A stretch of DNA of 64,000 bases from an uncultured Deferribacterales bacterium (lineage in GTDB: Bacteria > Chrysiogenota > Deferribacteres > Deferribacterales > Calditerrivibrionaceae). Positions 1 through 7,644 of the stretch are shown piece by piece. The notes under the pieces are model-generated. The model was not told where the DNA came from and did not search any database. It saw nothing but the letters and a program-made list of their open reading frames with translations. The stretch spans positions 11,450-75,449 of the forward strand of contig CAZFHX010000009.1 in assembly GCA_964519265.1 (NCBI GenBank), in the 5' to 3' direction. Within the stretch, counting starts at the first letter, position 1. Each line of letters begins with the position of its first letter. A program made the position numbers and the translations under genes.

Positions 1-1425
1 TTTTAATTTCCTACCAACCACATTCACCCTTGTTTTTGCCTTATCTATTGTATCTGTAGCCTGTTCCAATTTCTTTTTAACCTGCTCTAAGATTTCACCA
101 TATTTAGACCATTCTGTTTTAACAGCTCCCAACAATTGCCATACTTCGCTTGTCCTCTCACTAATGGCTAAAGTCCTAAATCCCATCTGCAGACTGTTAA
201 GTACCGCCCACAATGTGGTAGGACCGGCGATTACCACCTTGTATTCCCTCTGAATATAATCCAATAACCCAGATTTTCTCACTACCTCAGCAAAAAGCCC
301 CTCCACAGGAAGATACATCACAGCAAAATCTGTGGTTGTGGGGGGATTGATATATTTTTCGCAGATATCTTTTGCGGCACTTTTTATCCTTGCCTCGAGT
401 TGTTTTGAAGCGATATCGATAGCATTCGCATCACCCAAATCGTAAGCATCGAGCAGTTTTGCATAGTCTTCCATTGGAAACTTTGCATCAATAGGTAAAA
501 GTAGTTCCTTTTCACCATCTTTACCCGGTAATCTTATGGCAAACTCCACCTTTTCATTATTACCCTTGGTGGAAATATTCTTGTAGTACTGCTCTGGCAT
601 TAAAACCTGCTCCAGCATCTGCTCCAATTGAATCTCACCCAAGATACCCCTCGATTTCACATTGGAAAGAACTTTTTTCAAATCCCCTACACCATTTGCA
701 AGACTCTGCATCTCACCAAGCCCCTTATAAACCTGCTCAAGTCTTTCACTGACAAGTTTAAAAGATTCCCCCAATCTCTTCTCGAGGGTGCCTTGCAATT
801 TCTCATCCACCGTCATTCTCATCTGCTCGAGCTGTTTCGCATTATCTTCCCTGATCTTCTCGAGTCTTTCATCCACAGCAGATCTTAGTTTATCAAATTT
901 ACCATTTAGATTCTCAGATAGCTGCAAAAGGTTAGCCGAAACCTGCTCCAACTGCTGTTTCTGTATCTGACCAAGTTCCCCCATAATTTTGGCATTGCTA
1001 TCCACTATACCCTTAAGATGAGCAGTCAACTCCTCCCTTGACAACTTTAAACTATTATCCAGCATCATCTTGATACTATCTAAGTTTTCGTTTATCTTTG
1101 AAAGAAAATCAGACAAAATTCTACCGAAATTATCCAACTGCTCTTTTTGAACAGTGGAAAGGTCGACAATCCTCTGGGCTGATACATCGGTAAACTGTTG
1201 AAAGTTATCAGACAACTCCCTCCTCTGATCCTGCAACATACCCCTTAATTCATTCTTAGACTGCACCATTTCATCCTTCACAATGCTATTTACGATAGTT
1301 ATACTTTTTTCGAATTCCCCCAACTTTTGAACAATATCTGAAACCCGTATCTCACCAATCTTTTTAAACAAAATCATCGTTAGTACTAAGTTGATCACTA
1401 CTAAGGCAACAACTACATATTCCAT
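1..1425 (-). CDS. rmuC: DNA recombination protein RmuC, first 475 codons (3' end lies beyond window start)
   Basis: Absent from the ORF track because it is open at the window edge. Manual minus-strand translation from ATG 1425 gives MEYVVVALVVINLVLTMILFKK (TM helix), then a long coiled coil, then the RmuC core: ...LLLPIDAKFPMEDYAKLLDAYD...GLFAEVVRKSGLLDYIQREYKVVIAGPTTLWAVLNSLQMG... A GGAGG SD lies at 1432-1437. There are no stops down to nt 1. Confidence 0.85.
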   Translation of the reverse strand, partial: MEYVVVALVVINLVLTMILFKKIGEIRVSDIVQKLGEFEKSITIVNSIVKDEMVQSKNELRGMLQDQRRELSDNFQQFTDVSAQRIVDLSTVQKEQLDNFGRILSDFLSKINENLDSIKMMLDNSLKLSREELTAHLKGIVDSNAKIMGELGQIQKQQLEQVSANLLQLSENLNGKFDKLRSAVDERLEKIREDNAKQLEQMRMTVDEKLQGTLEKRLGESFKLVSERLEQVYKGLGEMQSLANGVGDLKKVLSNVKSRGILGEIQLEQMLEQVLMPEQYYKNISTKGNNEKVEFAIRLPGKDGEKELLLPIDAKFPMEDYAKLLDAYDLGDANAIDIASKQLEARIKSAAKDICEKYINPPTTTDFAVMYLPVEGLFAEVVRKSGLLDYIQREYKVVIAGPTTLWAVLNSLQMGFRTLAISERTSEVWQLLGAVKTEWSKYGEILEQVKKKLEQATDTIDKAKTRVNVVGRKLK

Positions 1426-1428
1426 ACC

Positions 1429-2595
1429 CTACCTCCTCACAAGTACTGCAACAGACTCTATATGATAGGTTTTATAAAATTGATCTATTATTGTAAACTT
1501 TTCCAAATTATATTTGCCTAAAAAATGTTTTAGATCCCTTGCCATTGTTTGGGGATTACAGGATACATAAACGATCTTTTCGGGTCTCTTATCCCAAATC
1601 AACTGAATTACCTTTTTAGAAAGCCCGTGTCTATCGGGATCTACCAACACAGCGTCAAATCTCCCTTTAAAATGGGGCATATTTTTTTGTAGATCCGATT
1701 TTACTACCTCTACACGATCATTCGCATACAGTCTCAAAAGATTAAGCGACTCCTGATTGTTGTCTACCGCTATAACCTTTCTTACCTTGTGAGATAGAGG
1801 AATAGTAAAAAATCCACTGCCACAATAGAGTTCAAGGACAGTATCAAATTCTTCAAGTTCATCTATCAGCAATTTTTGAAAATCACTAAACAAAAACCTA
1901 TTCGTCTGAAAAAATGTGGTATATCCTGCAGGGATTCTGAACCCATTTATATCGAATTCTATATTTTTAAGCCCTTTTAAGCCTGATTTAGACTTGAGAT
2001 TGTATTTATAATCACTCAACGGAATTTCTTCATCCAAAAAGATCAACTCTTCCCCTTTCTCATTTTCGATAATAGAAATATCTGCTAAAATATCTTTATA
2101 ATACTCCGCCAAATCGGATAGTTTTCCAAACAACCCTTTTTTTAGTATTGGACAGTTTTCTATGAAAACAAGTTCATTAGAATTGAACTTTTTATAAAAA
2201 AGACCACCCTTATCGACTTTCATCCTGCATCGTACACGATAATCCAATCTCGCAATCCTTATATAGCTATCAATTTTGAACCCTTCAAAATTTCTAAAGC
2301 AATTATCAACAATACTCTTTTTTACATCCAACTCGAATTGATCATCCAAAAACCCGAAACTACATCCACCACACTCGCCAATATACCTACAGAACCCATC
2401 TCTTCGATAAGGGGAGCTTTTTGTTATCTGTAAAATTTCTGCATAGGCAAAACTCTTCTTCTCATCCTTAATTTTGATATCTACAACATCATCTTTAACA
2501 GCAAAAGGCACAAATACCACCTTACCCGTTTCAAGTCTCCCCAAACCGTATCCACCATACACATTGTCTAATATCTTAAGATTTTTATAGATCAT
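1429..2595 (-). CDS. TRAM-domain SAM-dependent RNA (uracil-5)-methyltransferase, RlmD/RumA/TrmA family
   Basis: 388 aa. It has an N-terminal TRAM-like barrel, the RumA-type Fe-S Cys cluster CRYIGECGGCSF, the SAM motif LELYCGSGFFT and the catalytic YVSCNP near the C-terminus. Confidence 0.85.
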   Translation of the reverse strand: MIYKNLKILDNVYGGYGLGRLETGKVVFVPFAVKDDVVDIKIKDEKKSFAYAEILQITKSSPYRRDGFCRYIGECGGCSFGFLDDQFELDVKKSIVDNCFRNFEGFKIDSYIRIARLDYRVRCRMKVDKGGLFYKKFNSNELVFIENCPILKKGLFGKLSDLAEYYKDILADISIIENEKGEELIFLDEEIPLSDYKYNLKSKSGLKGLKNIEFDINGFRIPAGYTTFFQTNRFLFSDFQKLLIDELEEFDTVLELYCGSGFFTIPLSHKVRKVIAVDNNQESLNLLRLYANDRVEVVKSDLQKNMPHFKGRFDAVLVDPDRHGLSKKVIQLIWDKRPEKIVYVSCNPQTMARDLKHFLGKYNLEKFTIIDQFYKTYHIESVAVLVRR

Positions 2596-2607
2596 CTACA
2601 CCATCCT

Positions 2608-3462
2608 TTAAGCTAATATCTCAAAACCGCCAATCTGTTCTAAAGCATCCTTTACGGGATTTATATCTTGATACTCTTTTGAGTCCAACTTTTTCCATGT
2701 TATCCTTACCCCATCTATCTTCACATCTTTTAACTCTTCCGAGATATCCACCTCAGATTTCACCACACACTCGATCAGATTATACCCCGTATCCCGGATA
2801 TAGATCAGCGTATCCCCTATTTTACTGAAATGTGTTTTTATCACTATCCCTGTCCTTGTATCTTTCCTTATGAATATCTCGATGTCATCCAAATCTGAAT
2901 CTTCACTTTTTATTGGTAAATAGGCTTCAAGCCCTGCAAGCAATGTAATGATCTGTAGTTTGCTTATTTGAGATGCAGAGTCACCTTCCCCTTTTTGAAA
3001 TAGATTAAACTTCACATCATCCTTTAAATCTACTCCATTTGCCATCCTATTCTCAAAAAAAATCCCACTATCCTTGATCATCTTTTTAATCTGTTCGGGG
3101 GATACCTCTTTTGGATCTATTTTGAAACCAAACTTATCCAAAAGTTCAACGATAACCTTCCTATCAAACTTCAAAAGCTCACCTTTGAATTTTAGGGTAT
3201 CAGACTGGACATCCCCTTCCTTCGTCAAAAGTTTCAACTCCAAAACAGGATCTGTCTTAACCACCTCAGCCATGAATCTACCCACCTGAGGAAGAGATTG
3301 AAAAGATGCGGTAAACAGTTTACCTTTTATATTCACCAAAAACAGACCATTTTCCAATGGTTTTACTATTGAGATGGGTAGCTTTTCACCCTGCTTTATT
3401 TCGATAGAATTGGGATCAAGGGAAAACCTGATGAGATCCTGAAGCCTTACACCGTCTATCAT
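2608..3462 (-). CDS. hypothetical protein at the distal end of the motility operon (only a weak FliK-C-like pattern)
   Basis: 284-aa ORF with a 4-nt overlap with the upstream ORF. I cannot name any firm motif. The C-terminal beta-rich stretch IVIKTHFSKIGDTLIYIRDTGYNLIECVVKSE vaguely recalls hook-length-control C-domains. Confidence 0.55.
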   Translation of the reverse strand: MIDGVRLQDLIRFSLDPNSIEIKQGEKLPISIVKPLENGLFLVNIKGKLFTASFQSLPQVGRFMAEVVKTDPVLELKLLTKEGDVQSDTLKFKGELLKFDRKVIVELLDKFGFKIDPKEVSPEQIKKMIKDSGIFFENRMANGVDLKDDVKFNLFQKGEGDSASQISKLQIITLLAGLEAYLPIKSEDSDLDDIEIFIRKDTRTGIVIKTHFSKIGDTLIYIRDTGYNLIECVVKSEVDISEELKDVKIDGVRITWKKLDSKEYQDINPVKDALEQIGGFEILA

Positions 3463-3968
3463 CTACCATGTTTTAATACTAAATTGACCTCTGTCACAGA
3501 TATACCCAGCCTTTTTGCCACATCCACAGGTGATAAACCGTTTTGGCTTAGGTAGATCACCTTCTCCCTCAAACTCATACCAGATAGATCAAAGTTTTTC
3601 ATCTGACTATTCTGTTGTGGTTGAGTATAAGTTAGAGTTATGTTATCTTCAACTATATCTGTGCCAGATAAATTATACGAATTTGAGCTATTTACCTGCT
3701 CCAATCTTTTTAATTTTGCATCTATGAGATCCACCAAATCCTCGAGAATAGCCTCTTTCTCCTTTATAGATATGTCCAACTTTTCTGATACCTTCTCAGA
3801 CTCCACCACGAGATCTTTCAATGTGTCGGTGATCAATTTAACATCTTCATAAGACACATTTACCAATTTACGCTGAATAGATTTAATCTTCAAAAAAAGG
3901 TACGCTATTAAAAAAAGCATCAGGAAATTTAAAACAAAAAGTATTATCAAAAACGGTGTCAGATTCAT
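3459..3968 (-). CDS. membrane-anchored coiled-coil protein with C-terminal helix-turn-helix (DUF2802/DUF6115-like flagellar-locus protein)
   Basis: 169 aa. N-terminal TM helix LTPFLIILFVLNFLMLFLIAYLFL, a coiled-coil middle, and a C-terminal HTH-like LREKVIYLSQNGLSPVDVAKRLGISVTEVNLVLK. It overlaps both neighbours by 4 nt. Confidence 0.6.
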   Translation of the reverse strand: MNLTPFLIILFVLNFLMLFLIAYLFLKIKSIQRKLVNVSYEDVKLITDTLKDLVVESEKVSEKLDISIKEKEAILEDLVDLIDAKLKRLEQVNSSNSYNLSGTDIVEDNITLTYTQPQQNSQMKNFDLSGMSLREKVIYLSQNGLSPVDVAKRLGISVTEVNLVLKHGR

Positions 3969-4753
3969 AACATCTTGGCTTCTTTGAGCATCTCCCTATC
4001 TTTGTCAAATACATATTTTACTATATTTTCTCTAATCTCGTTGTCGATCTCTTCAAAAACAGTTCCGCAAATGACACCTTTTTTAGTCTCATGTCTTGAC
4101 ACAACACGGGATATGCTGGCAAACTTTATCTTTGTGGATCCATCATCTATCAATCCATCAACAAATAATATATCATCAACATTAAAATTCTTATCCACCG
4201 AAAAGAAACTAAAACCACCACCACTAATGTCTATAGTTTTCACCTTCATAAAATCGGCATACATATCTTTCTGTTCTTTTAAGATCTCAAGGATCTCATC
4301 GATCTTGTTGTCCAATTCAAAAAGATACCATAAAACATACTGCATCTGTGGAATCTCTTTGCTTATAACACTCTTAATTTTGTATGAGAGGGAATTTTTA
4401 ATATTGTCATTTAAATTTTTAACCTGCTGGTAATACATCGTAAGATCACCCGTGATCTTCTTGATACGGAAATAGCCGCTATACCCTATTCTGTAATGGG
4501 ATCTATCGGTTTTGGCAGGAAGCTCTTTAATTACAGCCAAATCCAGCGTGGTACCATTGTACCTTAGGGGTTTTACCTCGTAGATCTTATTTTGACCCGA
4601 TTCAAAAAAGTTTATCTGTGTGAGGATGGCTTCGTTGAAAGGAAGAGTGGATGGTAATCTAACATTGAGTTTTAGAGGGTCCTTTGAAACGATGTTCCCA
4701 TAAGCCCTTACCACATTATCATCAAAGATGATCTTTAATTTTACGATAGCCAT
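3965..4753 (-). CDS. PilZ-domain c-di-GMP receptor, YcgR-like (candidate flagellar brake), with an unusual insertion
   Basis: 262 aa. It carries an RxxxR motif (DRSHYRIGY) and a DxSxxG motif (IDISGGGFSF), preceded by a PilZN-like N-domain. The two motifs are about 87 aa apart instead of about 20-30. Confidence 0.75.
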   Translation of the reverse strand: MAIVKLKIIFDDNVVRAYGNIVSKDPLKLNVRLPSTLPFNEAILTQINFFESGQNKIYEVKPLRYNGTTLDLAVIKELPAKTDRSHYRIGYSGYFRIKKITGDLTMYYQQVKNLNDNIKNSLSYKIKSVISKEIPQMQYVLWYLFELDNKIDEILEILKEQKDMYADFMKVKTIDISGGGFSFFSVDKNFNVDDILFVDGLIDDGSTKIKFASISRVVSRHETKKGVICGTVFEEIDNEIRENIVKYVFDKDREMLKEAKML

Positions 4754-4756
4754 AGA

Positions 4757-5011
4757 TTACCCCTTTAGATCTATTATTTTCCCCTCTTCTTCCTCAGGAG
4801 CTTTTACGATTTCTGGTTTTCTTTTGCGTTGATCATTACCCTTTTTTTTCTCCTGCTCCTGCCTTCTCTTATCATCAATTACGACCATTTCACCCTTCTT
4901 TACCTCTTCTACCTCTTCCAATTTGTTGTCTGCCTGCTCCTTAAACTCCTGAGAGACTACTACCACTTTATTGTCAACAGATCGATCCTGCACATCCTGA
5001 ACCTTTTCCAC
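4757..5011 (-). CDS. small highly charged K/E-rich protein, unknown function
   Basis: 84-aa ORF ending 3 nt before the PilZ start. It has low complexity and a weak SD, so it could be non-coding. Confidence 0.45.
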   Translation of the reverse strand: MEKVQDVQDRSVDNKVVVVSQEFKEQADNKLEEVEEVKKGEMVVIDDKRRQEQEKKKGNDQRKRKPEIVKAPEEEEGKIIDLKG

Positions 5012-5070
5012 ATAGCTTATCTTTCCGATAACATTCTGTAGATCTACAGGACCTACCCCATAAAAAGCTC

Positions 5071-5901
5071 CTATTTTACATAGGCTATGCCCGTACCAAA
5101 GTTTACCATCTTAAACCTATCATCTATCTTACTGAGGGTTTCAGAATGCCCCAAGTATAGATGACCACCAATATTTAATGTCTTATAGAATATATCGACC
5201 ACTTTTTTCTTTGCTTCAACATCGAAATATATAAGCACATTCCTACAGAATATAAAATCGGCCATACCGATCTTACTTGCCGCCAAACTCTCCATAAGAT
5301 TTGCTTGAAAAAACTTCACCTTTGACTTTATCTCAGGCTTCAGAGTGAAATCGAGCCCTGTTTTGGTAAAATATTTATCTATAATCGATGGTGGAACTCC
5401 CCTGAATGATACAGAACGGTATAATCCTTTTTCAGCAATCGCAATAACCTCTGTGTTGATATCTGTTCCGTAGATCTCGATATTATATTTTCCGTACATC
5501 CCCTCTTCATTGAGGAGCATGGCAATGGAATAAGGCTCTTCGCCTGAGGAACATGCAGCAGACCAGATCTTAAAACTTCTTTTCCCTTTTGTAGCCATTT
5601 CTGGGATCACTTTTTTTATCATGTGATCCATTTGAGCCCTTTCCCTTAGAAAGTATGTTTCATTGATCGTAACCAGATTCATCAAAACCTTAAGTTCGTC
5701 CCTTCTCTTGAGATCGTATTTAAGATAGTAGATGTAATCTTTATAAGAGGTAAAGTTTAGTTCATTTAACCTCTTGGTAAGCCTATTCTCCAGCAGGTAC
5801 TTCTTGTTTATAGTGAAAGTAATACCTGCATTTTTGTATATGATATCCGCAAGCTCTGCAAACTCCTCATCCTTCATCTTGATTGTAGCTGAAGTAATCA
5901 T
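5071..5901 (-). CDS. cheR: chemotaxis protein methyltransferase CheR
   Basis: 276 aa. N-terminal helical CheR_N, then a SAM-binding domain with IWSAACSSGEEPYSIAM and FCRNVLIYFD. Confidence 0.9.
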   Translation of the reverse strand: MITSATIKMKDEEFAELADIIYKNAGITFTINKKYLLENRLTKRLNELNFTSYKDYIYYLKYDLKRRDELKVLMNLVTINETYFLRERAQMDHMIKKVIPEMATKGKRSFKIWSAACSSGEEPYSIAMLLNEEGMYGKYNIEIYGTDINTEVIAIAEKGLYRSVSFRGVPPSIIDKYFTKTGLDFTLKPEIKSKVKFFQANLMESLAASKIGMADFIFCRNVLIYFDVEAKKKVVDIFYKTLNIGGHLYLGHSETLSKIDDRFKMVNFGTGIAYVK

Positions 5902-7316
5902 AGCTCACCCACTACTGAATATATTTTTTCCTTTACATATCTATTTGTTTCCGATTTGGCATGGGTTCGTAGCTTATCCAGGAAGCCTTCTGGTTTTAAT
6001 TCTTCCAATATCTCTACAGCCTTGAATCTCACCACCCAACTGCTATCCTTGAGGCAGTTGTATGCCGATTCTATTGCCATATCCCTATTCAATAGCGATA
6101 TCGAATTGAGAGCCTCCTTTCTGATATCTTCATTTGTATCATCCATAAGTTGGAAAAGAAATTCGGACACATCGTTGCCAATATTACCTAAAGCCTCGAT
6201 GATGGCAATTCTTACCTGTGTATCAACCGTAGGGTATAGCTTCACAAGCTGATCACTGCACCTTGCCTCTTTACACAATGCACCAATTGCCTTTACAGCA
6301 AAATAAGCAACCCAAACATCCTTATCATGTACAAGATCCATGATCTGATCGATCTTGTCTGTTGCCTTTATCCTGATCAGAGATGATGCAGCAGCTTCTC
6401 TTATCTTTATAGATCCCTCTTTGAGCATATTCAAAAGGATATCGGCAACCTCTGGCTTATTAAAATAGGAGATCGCCTTTGCAAGCTGTGCCCTAAGCAG
6501 TTCATTCTCCTCTTTTTTGAGATGTTCTATAAGAAACTTGTAAGCAAAATCATCATTTATCAGGCTCAAAGCTTGGATTGCTATCTTTCTTAATCTTTCA
6601 TCTGAGCTATTTAAATACTCTTTGATGGCTATAGAATCGTTTTCATCCGCCAAAAGAGCTATTGTGGCTGCAGCAGCCTCGGCCACATCGATATGTTCAT
6701 CTTCTAAGAATGAGTATATCCTCTCCTTACAATCATCCTCTCCAAACCAGCCCAAAACGAGAATAGCAGATCTCACCACATTTGGATATGGGCTATCCAA
6801 ACACCCCTTTACCACATCCACATAGTCGTAGTTGTGGGATTTCCCTACTATAAGGATAGCAGATTCTATCAATATAGGGTCATCAGAAGCAAAGAACTCT
6901 TTTACCAAACTTGCATATTCATCATTAAAATTTGCAACGATAAACTCTATTATCGCCTCGTTCATCTCGGGATCCAAGATGAGATAACTCAATTCATGGG
7001 GGGAATAACTGCTAAAATCCCTATCCAAAGTAAAATGATCCAGTAGATTGGATATTTCGAGTACCTGCTGAACCCCTTCCTGAATATTGGTAAGCACAAG
7101 TTTTAAATTTTTAGATATGGCAACCTTCTTTATCCCCAAAAGTTCGGCTATCAATTTACTTTGAAGGTATGGAACATCTTTGAAATCCAGTCTTATCTCT
7201 CTGATATCGGCATGTTTGTTTATCTCGTCCTTTGCTTCTTTGAAATCTTTTACATCCAAATCATGGGGCAATTTAACGGATAAAACCTTCTTATCTTTAT
7301 CTAAAAAGACATTCAT
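5898..7316 (-). CDS. STAS-like N-terminal domain fused to HEAT/PBS-lyase-like repeat protein
   Basis: 472 aa. The first ~100 aa resemble an anti-sigma antagonist fold (...DFKDVPYLQSKLIAELLGIKK...LVLTNIQEGVQQVLEISNL). The rest is repeated about 30-aa units of the type D..VR..A...LG.. (e.g. PNVVRSAILVLGWFG, ERLRKIAIQALSLI, IKIREAAASSLIRI, VWVAYFAVKAIGAL, TQVRIAIIEALGNIG, EDIRKEALNSISLL, SWVVRFKAVEILEEL). Confidence 0.75.
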   Translation of the reverse strand: MNVFLDKDKKVLSVKLPHDLDVKDFKEAKDEINKHADIREIRLDFKDVPYLQSKLIAELLGIKKVAISKNLKLVLTNIQEGVQQVLEISNLLDHFTLDRDFSSYSPHELSYLILDPEMNEAIIEFIVANFNDEYASLVKEFFASDDPILIESAILIVGKSHNYDYVDVVKGCLDSPYPNVVRSAILVLGWFGEDDCKERIYSFLEDEHIDVAEAAAATIALLADENDSIAIKEYLNSSDERLRKIAIQALSLINDDFAYKFLIEHLKKEENELLRAQLAKAISYFNKPEVADILLNMLKEGSIKIREAAASSLIRIKATDKIDQIMDLVHDKDVWVAYFAVKAIGALCKEARCSDQLVKLYPTVDTQVRIAIIEALGNIGNDVSEFLFQLMDDTNEDIRKEALNSISLLNRDMAIESAYNCLKDSSWVVRFKAVEILEELKPEGFLDKLRTHAKSETNRYVKEKIYSVVGEL

Positions 7317-7320
7317 AACT

Positions 7321-7644
7321 CTACCCTTTTAATGCTTGAGATTCATCACTATAAATCTTAAACACCTTATCCAACCCTGTAAAAGCAAACATCTCCTTTA
7401 TATCATTGGACATATCACACAATCTTAAATTCTTGTTCTCCTTCTTACTTCTCTTGAGAAGATCTATGATCTCCCTCAACCCAGAGCTATTCATATACAT
7501 AACACCCTTGAAAGATAAAACAACTGTCCCCACCTTTTTAAAGATATCAAGAACCTTATTTTTGAGTTCTAAACCTGATTGTGCATTTACCTCACCTTTC
7601 AAATATACAACAGTAACTCCACCTACTTCTTTTACATCAAACAT
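7321..7644 (-). CDS. STAS-domain anti-sigma-factor antagonist (SpoIIAA/RsbV family)
   Basis: 107 aa. VTVVYLKGEVNA...LSFKGVMYMNSSGLREIIDLLK carries the conserved phosphorylatable Ser loop. Its start codon abuts the phosphatase stop, and the SD AAGGGGGT lies inside the upstream gene. Confidence 0.85.
   Translation of the reverse strand: MFDVKEVGGVTVVYLKGEVNAQSGLELKNKVLDIFKKVGTVVLSFKGVMYMNSSGLREIIDLLKRSKKENKNLRLCDMSNDIKEMFAFTGLDKVFKIYSDESQALKG

Noticed and set aside
628-970. Two plus-strand ORFs (86 and 60 aa) listed in the ORF track
   Set aside because: They lie antisense inside the continuous rmuC reading frame, which is open from 1425 to nt 1. They have low-complexity S/L/F-rich products and no SD, so they are spurious.
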